From contig JACQRW010000024.1 in the NCBI GenBank assembly GCA_016206285.1, positions 1,376 through 65,375 of the forward strand: a DNA stretch of 64,000 bases, in the 5' to 3' direction. The stretch's first letter is position 1; each line of letters starts with the position of its first letter. This stretch comes from Candidatus Sungiibacteriota bacterium. GTDB taxonomy: Bacteria; Patescibacteriota; Minisyncoccia; Sungbacterales; HO2-52-23. The translations under genes and the position numbers were made by a program. A model generated the notes under the pieces. That model was not told the DNA's origin. It searched no databases and saw nothing but the letters and a program-made list of their open reading frames with translations. Of this stretch, positions 45,532 through 55,097 are shown one piece after another.

Positions 45532-47193
45532 ATGATTTCGTTTTTGCACGCATATATCAAAAAGCTGACCGCAAAAAACAAAACCGTTTTTATTTTTCTC
45601 TGCGGCATAACGCTCTTTGCATACGGCACCATCCTGCCCGGAAATTTTGTCTTTGACGACAACATCTTCATACAAAATAACATTCAGATACGCTCGCTTG
45701 GCAATATCGGCGAGATTTATTCAAGCAATACGACTGCAGGATCGGGACTCATCGGAGACAATTTCTACCGCCCCAACCAGCAGCTCATCTACGCCATTTT
45801 ATATTCGCTCTTTGAGCTTACCCCTTTTTTCTTTCATCTGATCTCGCTGGCGTTTCATGCACTGAACGGCTGCCTGGTATTTGTGCTGTTCTCCAAAATC
45901 GGGTTGAAACGGCGCACGGCATTTTTCGGCTCGCTTTTGTTTTTACTCCATCCCATTCTCACCGAAGCCGTCAGTTATATATCCGGGCTTTCAGACCCGC
46001 TGGCCGCCTCCACCATATTGCTGACGCTTTTGATTTTTCTTGAAGCAATCAAAGATATTCCGCCAAAAAAGCATGTGCAGTGGCTCCTGCTCGGCGCAGC
46101 TGTTTTTTCTCTCGGACTGTTTTCAAAGGAAAATCAAATCGTATCGCTCGGCCTGCTTGCCGCACTGGCAATATGTGAATACAAAAGAGGCCGCCTGCCG
46201 CGCATATTTCCGGCAGTCGTATTCATCGGTATCCTCTCAATCATCGCCTCTGTGTATGTCTACGCGCGGCTGACTGTTCTGGACTTTACCGGCGTTGTCG
46301 GGCTCACTCCGGAAATCAACAACTACACGCAGCATATTAACATCCGGCTTGCGACATTCATCCATATTTTGCCGGAGTACTTCAAAATGATGCTGTTTCC
46401 GTGGCACTTAAACTATGAGAAGCCCTACGCCGCCTACGGCTCGCTTGCCGGAATCCAGTCCGGCATCGGCATGCTTATACTGCTCGCCATGGGCATAGTG
46501 GCAGTGGCTGGCATCTTCAAAAAAAATATCGGGGTATTGCACGGCAGTTTTCTTGGGTTGTCGTGGTTCATTATGGCTCTTCTTCCGGTCAGCGGCATCA
46601 TACCGGTCAACGCCATGTATTTGGAGCATTGGCTTTATCTGCCCATTATCGGGATCATTCTTGCGCTGTGTTTTCTCGCCGAGTTTCTCGCCAAAAAATT
46701 GCCGCCAGCCGTAAAAAAAATCGCCCTGTTGGCGTTTCCGGTTATCCTGATACTTTTCATTGCGCGCATCATGATGCGCAATGCCGAGTGGGGCGATCCG
46801 ATACGGTTTTATACCAATGAACTGCGCTATACCCAATCTTCGGCGCGAATCTATACCGACCTTGGCATGGAAGAGGCTGTGCGGGGCCGATGCGATGTTG
46901 CCATCGGGCATTATGAAAAAGCAATTTCACTCAACGACACCTACCCGCAAACGCACCACAACATGGCGCGATGCCTTGAGCATATGGGAAAACCGGAGGC
47001 GGCGGCAAACGAATATCTGAAGGCATTGTTTATCCAGCCAAATTTCATTTATAGTCTTGCAGGGCTTTCCAACCTCCTTTCTTCAGTCGGAGACCGCCGC
47101 GGCGCAAGCTTTTTTGAACTCACTCTCAAAGCGCAAAAAAATGAGCCGGTCACGAGAGCAGATATTATGCAGACGGTGCAGGAACAGCAGTAA
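45532..47193 (+). CDS. Polytopic membrane protein with C-terminal TPR repeats, probably a GT-C fold glycosyltransferase (PMT/TMTC-like). Start trimmed to MISFLHAY.
   Basis: About 11 TM helices with an N-terminal FDDNIFIQNN...YRPNQ loop motif like that of PMT/TMTC enzymes, and C-terminal TPR-like repeats (HYEKAISLND..., ANEYLKALFIQPN). Confidence 0.55.
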   Translation: MISFLHAYIKKLTAKNKTVFIFLCGITLFAYGTILPGNFVFDDNIFIQNNIQIRSLGNIGEIYSSNTTAGSGLIGDNFYRPNQQLIYAILYSLFELTPFFFHLISLAFHALNGCLVFVLFSKIGLKRRTAFFGSLLFLLHPILTEAVSYISGLSDPLAASTILLTLLIFLEAIKDIPPKKHVQWLLLGAAVFSLGLFSKENQIVSLGLLAALAICEYKRGRLPRIFPAVVFIGILSIIASVYVYARLTVLDFTGVVGLTPEINNYTQHINIRLATFIHILPEYFKMMLFPWHLNYEKPYAAYGSLAGIQSGIGMLILLAMGIVAVAGIFKKNIGVLHGSFLGLSWFIMALLPVSGIIPVNAMYLEHWLYLPIIGIILALCFLAEFLAKKLPPAVKKIALLAFPVILILFIARIMMRNAEWGDPIRFYTNELRYTQSSARIYTDLGMEEAVRGRCDVAIGHYEKAISLNDTYPQTHHNMARCLEHMGKPEAAANEYLKALFIQPNFIYSLAGLSNLLSSVGDRRGASFFELTLKAQKNEPVTRADIMQTVQEQQ

Positions 47194-47406
47194 TGATGAT
47201 TTTATTCAGTTTATAGCTATAAGTCAACGGTGATTAATTCTGATTCTAAACTCAATAACTTTTTTGAGCAGCTCTTTTACCACCTCGTCTTTGAAGTAGC
47301 TATTGCCCGGACTCATGCCTATCACTGGATATATTTTGGTCATATGCGGTTCGAATATGGAATTTTGCGGACATTGTCCGCCGAAGCCCGCTATAGCGGG
47401 CGAAGA

Positions 47407-47493
47407 CGGAGGCGGGAGGATTCGAACCTCCGAGGGGATTGCTCCCCTACCGGTTTTCGAGACCGGCGATTTCAACCACTCACCCACGCCTCC
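47407..47493 (-). tRNA. tRNA-Ser (anticodon CGA), type II
   Basis: Acceptor GGAGGCG/CGCCUCC, anticodon stem CCGGU/ACCGG with loop CUCGAAA, long variable arm UAGGGGAGCAAUCCCCUC, T-arm GGAGG-UUCGAAU-CCUCC, discriminator G. Confidence 0.85.
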
Positions 47494-47588
47494 GTGAATG
47501 CATAATAGCGCGTTCAAACTAACACAAAATAATCATAAAATCAACCTAATTTCTGCCATTCACGATGACCAAACAAAAAGAACAACCG

Positions 47589-47618
47589 CGGACATAAACC
47601 CGCGGCATTTTTATCCAA
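47589..47618 (-). terminator. Intrinsic terminator downstream of the response-regulator gene
   Basis: Minus strand GCCGCGGG-tttatgt-CCGCGG followed by TTGTTCTTTTTGTTT. Confidence 0.5.
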
Positions 47619-47646
47619 TGTGTCCGAAACGCTGTACCAAAACGCG

Positions 47647-48063
47647 CTAAGACGCGAGGCCCGTCTTATCTTTTACTTTTTGGATCACATCGCTGAGCTG
47701 CCAATGGGACTTGACCAGATATTCATATGCGCCAAGTTCTACGGCATCAGCCAGCACTTTCATATCGCGATCTATATTGGTGAGCAAAATCACTTCCGCG
47801 TGCCTGCCCCATGCGTCGTCGCGAAGCCGCTTGAGCACGTCAATGCCGCCAATGCCGGGAAGCAGCAAATCAAGCAAAATAATGTCCGGGTGCGCCGAAA
47901 GCGCCATCTCCAGGCCAGCTTCGCCGGTTGGCGCTTCAAGCACTTCAAACCCTTCCTCCTGAAAAGTATCTCCCAAAGTGCGCAAAAGCGCCGCCTCGTC
48001 TTCAATAATCAATATCTTCTTGCCATTCCCCGCTTTTTTATTTTCTGTGGTTTTGTTTGTCAT
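47647..48063 (-). CDS. Single-domain response regulator (CheY-like receiver). Start trimmed to MTNKTTENKK, with a TATACT hexamer 6 nt upstream.
   Basis: KKILIIEDE...DIILLDLLLPGIGGIDVLKRLR...VILLTN...K, with the phospho-acceptor Asp and the conserved Thr/Lys. Confidence 0.75.
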   Translation of the reverse strand: MTNKTTENKKAGNGKKILIIEDEAALLRTLGDTFQEEGFEVLEAPTGEAGLEMALSAHPDIILLDLLLPGIGGIDVLKRLRDDAWGRHAEVILLTNIDRDMKVLADAVELGAYEYLVKSHWQLSDVIQKVKDKTGLAS

Positions 48064-48154
48064 AGCTATAGTATATACAGGAACGGTTTTAAAATGCAAC
48101 AACCCTTCTTTATACAACAGTAAACCTCTCTGAAACGTGTCAGAGAGGCTGCTT

Positions 48155-48736
48155 TTATGGAGATAGGATACGGTACTGAACAACATGCGTTCGGATAACA
48201 AGAACGCATAATGCAGTTGATTGAGTAATAAAAAACGAGACCGGTTGTGCCGCATCTTCCCACGTAACATGAGGAATTGCGGCTATAGCGCATAGACTGC
48301 CGAACCACCCGATCGCCCATGCAAGTTTATCTTCGCGTTCCGGATGCTGCCATGCCGAATCAAACGTCGGCAAACAACCGATACTGTTTGCGATCAGGCT
48401 TGCCCAGATACCATACAGCGAATCATGAGAGATTTTCCATAAAATAACGCCGATAACGGAAACTGCCAGGCAATAGGTATGCAAAGGCTTCCACGCCAGA
48501 GAACCATATCGCAATGCAAGGATCAAAATAATACATGTGCCGACAGCTCCTCCTACGATTTGCCCGTTAACCGCGTGTTTTTCGTACATACTGAAGAAAA
48601 AACCAAGATCAACAATTGTCCAGATAATCCACGATGCCTTGACCGGCTCCTTTCCTTTATACAAAATTGCATACCCGTAAAAAAGCAGCGAAATCAATGC
48701 AAGCAGTCCCGCAAAAATCGTCAGCCCCTTTTGCAC
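48155..48736 (-). CDS. Hypothetical polytopic membrane protein (6 TM)
   Basis: 193 aa hydrophobic ORF. Confidence 0.45.
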   Translation of the reverse strand: MQKGLTIFAGLLALISLLFYGYAILYKGKEPVKASWIIWTIVDLGFFFSMYEKHAVNGQIVGGAVGTCIILILALRYGSLAWKPLHTYCLAVSVIGVILWKISHDSLYGIWASLIANSIGCLPTFDSAWQHPEREDKLAWAIGWFGSLCAIAAIPHVTWEDAAQPVSFFITQSTALCVLVIRTHVVQYRILSP

Positions 48737-48872
48737 CGCATCCCCCCTTTTTTATGTCCGGCATATATTATGAACTGTTACAGTCCTAACATGTCACAAA
48801 TACGCTGGCAAGTTGGCACAAACAAAGAACCATCTTTGAGAGATGGCTTTTTGACGGCAATAAAAAAATTGG

Positions 48873-48943
48873 TGGACCTACGGGGAGTCGAACCCCGGTA
48901 TCGCGAATGCCATTCGCGCACTCTGCCATTGAGTTATAGGCCC
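48873..48943 (-). tRNA. tRNA-Ala (anticodon GGC)
   Basis: Acceptor GGGCCUA/UAGGUCC, D-arm ACUC-AAUGGCA-GAGU, anticodon stem CGCGA/UCGCG with loop AUGGCAU, T-arm CGGGG-UUCGACU-CCCCG. Confidence 0.85.
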
Positions 48944-48991
48944 AAATGAAGTCTCTATTTCAAGATAGAGGCCTCATGAGAAAAAGACACT

Positions 48992-49981
48992 CTAACGAAA
49001 CTGGCTTTTCAAAAGCGTACTGCCCATCAGAATTTCGTTTGCCCAGTAGGTACCAGTGGCGCCGGAGGACAGGATGTCGTATGTGTATCCGGCATCATAC
49101 GGCAAGAGTTCGATTTTTACCAGTACTGCGCCGTCAAGCACATCTCCTTGCTTCAAGCTCTTGACGAGCCGTGCATCCGCAGTAGGGTGATCGGGTGAAA
49201 CAAACAGCTCGCGGCCGTCAGCCAAAACCAGATGCGCCACGCGATGCGTTGCGGGTACGGATGTCTTTCCTGCCGCACGTACAACCGCGCGTACACGGTT
49301 TCCCAATGCATCGCTTGTCCATACCGCCATGCCCTCGCGCATGTTTTCCACCGCGATCTTTCCATTTGGCGTATCAATCAGCATGCCTGCAGCCAGACAT
49401 CTCGGGCAGCCGCCCATCGGCGGGTTGCCCGTAGTTTTTTCAAACGTGACCGTCTGGTTTGCAAAATCAATTCGCACCAGTTTTTCCGATACGCCCTCAC
49501 AGGCATACCCGATGTCATCGCCGATACGCAAAGTTTTCGGCACGCCCTCTCCGTACGCAACCGGATATTGCTGATACCACAAACCTTCAACCGTATCGAG
49601 ATTGATTTTTTGAATAAGAAAAGACCCTTCCTGCTCTCCCGCTTTTTTTATAATAATCTGCGAATGCGGAGAGGGTGTCGGCACAGGCACCGGCCGGGGT
49701 GCGGGACACGGCGCAAACTCGCATTTTGGCCCGGTGCGGCTCACATAACTCCCGTCCGGGCATTGTTTTGCATCCTGGGTACAGGCAACAGGCGGCACGG
49801 GAGCGGGATTCGGATTTGGAGCCGGAACCGGAACCGGAACCGGAGATTCAACGCCTCCCGAAGGTTCCAGAACTTCAAAAATATGATTACTTTTGATGAG
49901 AAGATAGGAAGAGATTATTGCCAGCAGGGCAATAATAATGACGAGAATCGGACTGACAAAACCGTTATTTTTTGTACGCAT
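48992..49981 (-). CDS. Membrane-anchored protein with Pro-rich linker and C-terminal Hint (Hedgehog/intein-like) domain
   Basis: N-terminal TM helix, then a PVPVPAPNPNPAPVPP linker, then GGCPRCLAAGMLIDTPNGKIAVENMREGMAVWT..., a Hint N-terminal splicing-type motif. Confidence 0.6.
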   Translation of the reverse strand: MRTKNNGFVSPILVIIIALLAIISSYLLIKSNHIFEVLEPSGGVESPVPVPVPAPNPNPAPVPPVACTQDAKQCPDGSYVSRTGPKCEFAPCPAPRPVPVPTPSPHSQIIIKKAGEQEGSFLIQKINLDTVEGLWYQQYPVAYGEGVPKTLRIGDDIGYACEGVSEKLVRIDFANQTVTFEKTTGNPPMGGCPRCLAAGMLIDTPNGKIAVENMREGMAVWTSDALGNRVRAVVRAAGKTSVPATHRVAHLVLADGRELFVSPDHPTADARLVKSLKQGDVLDGAVLVKIELLPYDAGYTYDILSSGATGTYWANEILMGSTLLKSQFR

Positions 49982-50013
49982 AACCTTTGATAATTATGTT
50001 TGAAATAATAGTA

Positions 50014-50085
50014 TGCCCTCGGCAGGAATCGGACCCGCATCTTATCCTTAGGACGGATCTGCTCTATCCATTGAGCTACGAGGGC
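50014..50085 (-). tRNA. tRNA-Arg (anticodon CCU)
   Basis: Acceptor GCCCUCG/CGAGGGC, D-arm GCUC-AAUGGAUA-GAGC, anticodon loop GUCCUAA with one mismatch in the stem, T-arm GCGGG-UCCGAUU-CCUGC. Confidence 0.75.
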
Positions 50086-50152
50086 CATTGCACTAAAGCT
50101 TCGCGGGACAAGCTCTTTCGCATTAATTTCCACATTATGCTATCATATTTTC

Positions 50153-51238
50153 ATGGCTTTCACAAACTACGAAGAACATGTTATCAAGACAATCGAAAAT
50201 GTCATGCCGGGCGTGGTCAGCATCATGGTCGGCAAAGAATACGAGGAGATTTTAGCCGAGCGTCCGCACGAACTCATGGTGCCGCATGGAAGCACGTTTG
50301 ACGCTCCGTCCCCCGCTTCCCCGCCAACCCCTCCCGAAGACGAGCTTCCGCATACGCCAAGCGGCAAAGTGCAGATCGGCGGCGGATCAGGTTTTTTGGT
50401 TGATCCGTCCGGACTGGTGCTTACCAACAAGCACGTCGTGTACGACCATGAAGCAGAATACATCGTTACCACTTCATCCGAAGACACCTACCGCGCCCGC
50501 GTGGTTGCGCGGGATCCGCTCAACGATGTCGCGATCCTGCAGATCGAGGGAGAAGATTTCCCCTATATCCCGCTCGGCAATTCCAACGCGATCAAGCTCG
50601 GCCAGACCGTGCTTGCCGTAGGTACGGCGCTGGGCGAGTTTCAGAATACCGTCTCATCCGGCATCGTATCCGGCCTTTCCCGTTTTATCACGGCAGTTAC
50701 GGATTCAGAGGGCCACTCGGAGCGTTTGCGCGGGCTTATCCAGACCGATGCCGCCATCAACCCGGGCAATTCCGGCGGCCCGCTCGTAAACCTCAAAGGC
50801 GAGGCAATCGGCATCAACGCCGCAGTGGTATTCGGCGCGCAAAATATCGGGTTCGCGATCCCCATCTCAAAAGCAAAACACGATCTGGAAGAATTAAAAA
50901 AATACGGCCGCATCCGGAGGCCGTTTCTCGGCGTACGCTATGTACTGCTTAACCCCATGCTCATGAAAAAGTTCAAACTGTCCGTAGAACACGGCGCATT
51001 TGTGCTTCGCGAAGGCACTCCGGACAGACCGGCCATTGTGGAAAAATCACCCGCTGACCGCGCAGGCATACAGGAAGGCGACATTATTCTCGCGCTCAAC
51101 GACACCCGGATCACGGACAAGACAACTCTCGAGGACGTGCTTGAAAATACGGCGCTTGGTGCCAGCATCTCCGTTACAGTATTGCGCAAAGGAGAAGAAA
51201 AAATGCTCACGCTCATTGCCGAGGAACGAACCGCATAA
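50153..51238 (+). CDS. HtrA/DegP-family periplasmic serine protease with one PDZ domain
   Basis: Catalytic triad context TNKHVV (His), DVAILQ (Asp), GNSGGPLVN (Ser), with a C-terminal PDZ domain. Confidence 0.9.
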   Translation: MAFTNYEEHVIKTIENVMPGVVSIMVGKEYEEILAERPHELMVPHGSTFDAPSPASPPTPPEDELPHTPSGKVQIGGGSGFLVDPSGLVLTNKHVVYDHEAEYIVTTSSEDTYRARVVARDPLNDVAILQIEGEDFPYIPLGNSNAIKLGQTVLAVGTALGEFQNTVSSGIVSGLSRFITAVTDSEGHSERLRGLIQTDAAINPGNSGGPLVNLKGEAIGINAAVVFGAQNIGFAIPISKAKHDLEELKKYGRIRRPFLGVRYVLLNPMLMKKFKLSVEHGAFVLREGTPDRPAIVEKSPADRAGIQEGDIILALNDTRITDKTTLEDVLENTALGASISVTVLRKGEEKMLTLIAEERTA

Positions 51239-51290
51239 ACCACTGTCAACACTTTTTGAAACGATCGTCTGAAATTTGTTGACACAAATT

Positions 51291-51761
51291 TTATATTCCT
51301 TCCCGCCGGTCAACCAGACCACCGAGATAGTCGGCCTTATAAATCAGTGCTCCTCCCTGCGTGATTTTTTCCTCGCCGGAAAATTGCTCGATATCTCCTT
51401 CCCATGAATTCGTGTAGGCATATTCCCCTTCCTGATATTCTTTTGGCCCCCGAAACGGGTGGTCTTCGGGCATGCGCATGAGCGCGTTTCGCAAGACCTG
51501 ATATACAGGATTTGTCTCGACACCTTTCTCAACCCGGCCGTAATATACCATCATCCATATCGGCCTATCCTGATGAAACACGATTACCCTTCCGCCATAC
51601 GGCTCCCCGCCAAAAAAATTATCGTGCGATCTCCACTCGCCTTTTTGGAAAGGAATCGTGGTTGACCAGTCGGATTCTTTGATCCACTTCTTCTCCTCCC
51701 CGCCAGCGTATCCGGCCTTATTTGAATCAACCAAAAATTGCCGCAGTAATTCTTTGTTCAT
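51291..51761 (-). CDS. Hypothetical cytoplasmic protein (DUF-type, W/Y/G-rich)
   Basis: 156 aa ORF with no confident family assignment. Confidence 0.45.
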   Translation of the reverse strand: MNKELLRQFLVDSNKAGYAGGEEKKWIKESDWSTTIPFQKGEWRSHDNFFGGEPYGGRVIVFHQDRPIWMMVYYGRVEKGVETNPVYQVLRNALMRMPEDHPFRGPKEYQEGEYAYTNSWEGDIEQFSGEEKITQGGALIYKADYLGGLVDRREGI

Positions 51762-51782
51762 AAAAAGTTGCTTTGAAAAAAA

Positions 51783-52667
51783 TTATTCTGGTGTAATACT
51801 GCCAAGCACTACGATTGAAATGATGACCAATACAAGCCCGAGTATTTGATGATATTTGAGCTTCTCCCTGTTAAAATAGAAGCCCAGAAAACTTGCAAGC
51901 GCAATATAGCCCTCGCTTATACTGGTGGCAACCGCAATCGGAATATACAATGTCGCGTATGAAAACATGATCCATGCCAGATTATCAAAGAAACTCACGT
52001 TGAAAATCAATCTTTTATTTTGTTTGAAGTCGGCAGCGGCTTCCCGCAATCGGGAAGCAGAGATCAAATAAACAAAAGCGACAACCGCAATAAACGCGCT
52101 GGTGAACCAGTTGATCATAAGCGGGCTGATCGCCCGCGCGCCGATGCCAAAAAGAAAGTTCACGGCCCCCATGCACAAAGCCGCGGACAACGCGTACCAT
52201 ATGCCTTTTTCGAGATGGATAGTTTTAACATGATGGAACGACTTCGTGGATACGAGAAAAATCCCGATCATTGATGACCCGATCAGCAGACCCTGAAGCA
52301 AGGTAAGCCTTTCACGGATAATGTAGAGCGATAACACGACGGTAACGATAATCTCAAGCGCATAAATAGGCTCAATCACGGAGATTTTGCCCACTCTTAA
52401 GGCTTCGAAATCAAGCAGCGCCGCAAGCAATATGGCGCAGCTTGCAACAAGAAGCAGGATCGTATGGCTGTTCAAAGCGCTTGCGAGATCGCGATAGACA
52501 AAAGGAAGCAGGATGATCGAACCGAACGCAGTTATATAAAACAGCGCGATCCAGTCGCCGAATTTTCTGGCGCTTCGCTGGATCAGAAAATCGCCAAGAC
52601 CCCATGAAAACAACGCGGCAAGCGCAAAAAGAATTCCCATAAAGACGCGGACAAATTGTTGTCCCAT
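51783..52667 (-). CDS. EamA/DMT-superfamily transporter (10 TM)
   Basis: Two repeated 5-TM EamA-like halves, 294 aa. Confidence 0.7.
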   Translation of the reverse strand: MGQQFVRVFMGILFALAALFSWGLGDFLIQRSARKFGDWIALFYITAFGSIILLPFVYRDLASALNSHTILLLVASCAILLAALLDFEALRVGKISVIEPIYALEIIVTVVLSLYIIRERLTLLQGLLIGSSMIGIFLVSTKSFHHVKTIHLEKGIWYALSAALCMGAVNFLFGIGARAISPLMINWFTSAFIAVVAFVYLISASRLREAAADFKQNKRLIFNVSFFDNLAWIMFSYATLYIPIAVATSISEGYIALASFLGFYFNREKLKYHQILGLVLVIISIVVLGSITPE

Positions 52668-52682
52668 TATTTAGTTTACCGT

Positions 52683-52755
52683 GGGCGGCTAACGGGAATC
52701 GAACCCGTGATAAGAGCTCCACAAGCTCCTGTGTTGCCTCTACACCATAGCCGCC
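52683..52755 (-). tRNA. tRNA-His (anticodon GUG); G-1 not genomically encoded
   Basis: Acceptor GGCGGCU/AGCCGCC with discriminator C, anticodon stem GGAGC/GCUCU with loop UUGUGGA, T-arm ACGGG-UUCGAUU-CCCGU. Confidence 0.8.
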
Positions 52756-52843
52756 ATATATTTAGACAGTATAGCAGAAAAACGGCTCTTGACAAGGAGC
52801 TTCAGGGGGTATATTATGCAGATAGTAAGAAGCGAAACGCGTT

Positions 52844-53032
52844 ATGAGAAAGTTAAATGAAAGACAGCGCGAGGTATTGGCCGAAAAATTCGCGGATTTG
52901 GGAAATATTTCAATAGGATCGCTGGTATTCGGATTTGTTCTCCAGTCCAATGTCTTGAACGGATTGTCGTTGTTTATCGGGTTGGGTATTGCGTTTGCCA
53001 CCTACGGCATATCAATCTCATTACAAAAATAA
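52844..53032 (+). CDS. Possible small 2-TM membrane protein
   Basis: 62 aa ORF with a hydrophobic C-terminal half; weak support. Confidence 0.3.
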   Translation: MRKLNERQREVLAEKFADLGNISIGSLVFGFVLQSNVLNGLSLFIGLGIAFATYGISISLQK

Positions 53033-53151
53033 CTCAAGAAATATGGTCCAGCAACTTTTCACACCATTGAACCTATTCTTGCTCGGCATACTGGCCATGA
53101 TACTTATTTTTGGCACATGGGGAATCATGTCGCGCCCGCACAGATAACAAT

Positions 53152-53223
53152 ATGAAATTTATCATCACTCAAAACATCAGACATCATCATGCACGCTTCT
53201 CTTGCGAAAGAGGGTTACATTGA
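53152..53223 (+). CDS. Candidate His-rich leader peptide (MKFIITQNIRHHHARFSCERGLH) of a hisS attenuator
   Basis: Three consecutive CAT His codons (53182-53190) plus a fourth His, lying in the 180-bp leader upstream of hisS and followed by alternative hairpins. Confidence 0.5.
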   Translation: MKFIITQNIRHHHARFSCERGLH

Positions 53224-53267
53224 TGCGTCCGGTTTCTCTTCTTAGTTTTATTCCGACATCAGCATAA

Positions 53268-53299
53268 CCCCCTCTCGCAACGAGAGGGTTTTATTTATT
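53268..53299 (+). promoter_or_regulatory. Attenuator terminator (CCCCCTCTCG-caa-CGAGAGGG + TTTTATTTATT). The competing antiterminator pairs AGAGGG (53209-53214) with CCCTCT (53270-53275).
   Basis: Region 1 TTCTCTT (53197-53203) can pair with region 2 AAGAGGG (53208-53214), region 2 with region 3, and region 3 with region 4. This is the classic 1:2 / 2:3 / 3:4 arrangement. Confidence 0.5.
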
Positions 53300-53332
53300 G
53301 AATTATCAGCCATAAAATGATACTATTTTCTC

Positions 53333-54655
53333 ATGTCAGATCAAATCAAAAAACCTAACCGCATCAAGCCGGAGCTGCCGAGCGGGTTTCGGGATTACGG
53401 GCCCGCGGATGCGATTGCGAAGCAGGCGATGATTGATACGATTCGAAAGACCTTCGAGCGTTTTGGATTTGATCCGCTGGAGACCTCGTCGGTGCAGCGC
53501 ACCGAAGTGCTGACCGGAGGCGAGGAAGATTCGGGAAAGATCATCTTTAATGTAAAGGGATCACAGGAGGAAACTTCGGACAGTTCGCTTCGTTTCGATC
53601 TGACCGTGCCGCTTGCACGGTTCATGGCGGCCAATCCAGACCTGCCCAAACCCTTTAAGCGCTATCAGATCGGCAATGTCTGGCGCGGCGAGCGGCCCCA
53701 GCAGGGACGGTACCGCGAATTTCTTCAGGCGGATGTGGATATTGTAGGATCATCTTTGATCGATGCAGATGCGGAGATTGCAACCATTATCTATACCGTA
53801 TTCAAAAATCTCGGCATTGAGAATTTTGTCATCAACTACAACAACCGGAAGATGCTGGACATGCTTCCTAAATTTGCTGGATTCCCTGAAGAAAAACTAT
53901 GGGATGCGCTGCGTATTATAGATAAAAAAGACAAGATCGGAGAAGACGGGATTCGCGGCGAACTGGAGAAAAATTTTTCAGGATCGATCGCTGATAAGAT
54001 TTTAGAGTTTCTGACGGAGGATTTCGAACCCACGCTGCAAGGAGAGGGATTTAGTGAATACGGGAAAATTGCAAGTATGATTCTCCAAAGCACGGGGTGT
54101 GATGTCGATATGGTAAATAAATTTTTTAAATTAGAACGGACTCTTGTACGCGGACTCTCCTACTACACCGGATCGGTTTTTGAAGTAACGCTTCCAGATG
54201 CGCCTGAAATAGGCAGCGTGTGCGGCGGCGGAAGATATGATGAACTCGTCTCTCAATTTACCGGGCAGAACATCCCGGCGGTGGGCGTATCGTTTGGTGT
54301 TGACCGTCTGTTTGCCGCAATGGAAAAAATCGGAACGCTCAAGAAAAAACAAACGCTTACCCAAGTGCTCATTCTGCAACTGGATGCCAACCTGAAAGAT
54401 GAGTATCTTTCTATGGCACAAGAATTGCGCAATGCCGGGATCAACACCGCTCTTTACATGGGCGATGACTCGATGCTAAAAGGACAGCTGAATTACGCGC
54501 TTAAGAAAGAAATTCCGTACGTGGTGATCTGTGGCAGCCGTGAGAAAGAAAAAAACGTCGTTACGGTGAAAAATCTGGCAACGCGGGAACAGCAAGAGAT
54601 CACTAGAGAGAAGATAGTTGAATTTTTTGGAAAGCAAGCTGCTCTATGCGTTTGA
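53333..54655 (+). CDS. hisS: Histidine--tRNA ligase
   Basis: Class II motifs (FRDYGP...; RFDLTVPLAR; YQIGNVWRGERPQQGRYREFLQADVD; GGGRYDEL) and the C-terminal anticodon-binding domain. Confidence 0.9.
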   Translation: MSDQIKKPNRIKPELPSGFRDYGPADAIAKQAMIDTIRKTFERFGFDPLETSSVQRTEVLTGGEEDSGKIIFNVKGSQEETSDSSLRFDLTVPLARFMAANPDLPKPFKRYQIGNVWRGERPQQGRYREFLQADVDIVGSSLIDADAEIATIIYTVFKNLGIENFVINYNNRKMLDMLPKFAGFPEEKLWDALRIIDKKDKIGEDGIRGELEKNFSGSIADKILEFLTEDFEPTLQGEGFSEYGKIASMILQSTGCDVDMVNKFFKLERTLVRGLSYYTGSVFEVTLPDAPEIGSVCGGGRYDELVSQFTGQNIPAVGVSFGVDRLFAAMEKIGTLKKKQTLTQVLILQLDANLKDEYLSMAQELRNAGINTALYMGDDSMLKGQLNYALKKEIPYVVICGSREKEKNVVTVKNLATREQQEITREKIVEFFGKQAALCV

Positions 54656-54673
54656 AAATTGAAAATTAACTAA

Positions 54674-54745
54674 GCCCCCGTAGCTCAATGGATAGAGCAG
54701 TGCTCTTCTAAGGCATTGATGAGGGTTCGATTCCTTCCGGGGGCA
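54674..54745 (+). tRNA. tRNA-Arg (anticodon UCU)
   Basis: Acceptor GCCCCCG/CGGGGGC, D-arm GCUC-AAUGGAUA-GAGC, anticodon loop CUUCUAA, T-loop UUCGAUU. Confidence 0.8.
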
Positions 54746-54751
54746 ATTGCA

Positions 54752-55093
54752 TTATCGGGCTTTGGTTGACGATGCCGCACTCCCCGGCTCTTCATACACG
54801 CTCAAAATATCATCGAATTTTTTTTGGCGGGCATCGAGAAGCCCCAATGTTTCTGTGATTTCTTTTTCGGAAAGATTTATTTTCTTTTCGCTTCCGGCAA
54901 CAGGCTGGCGCACCTTGACTACATCGGTATAGAATACCAGGCCGTCAAAAAGCAGCACGCCCACGGCGAGCATTGCAAGAGCGTATGTGCCAATGACAAC
55001 GCTGCGTCCCCGCAGGATTCGAAAAGCCCGTGCTAAGAGGTTCTGTTTCGCATCCGGAGACGCGCGATGAAAGAATGAGGTGAAAAAAATCAT
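54752..55093 (-). CDS. Hypothetical small membrane protein at the distal end of the pilus cluster (PilP-position)
   Basis: 113 aa with one TM helix; assigned from position only. Confidence 0.35.
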   Translation of the reverse strand: MIFFTSFFHRASPDAKQNLLARAFRILRGRSVVIGTYALAMLAVGVLLFDGLVFYTDVVKVRQPVAGSEKKINLSEKEITETLGLLDARQKKFDDILSVYEEPGSAASSTKAR

Positions 55094-55097
55094 ACTA

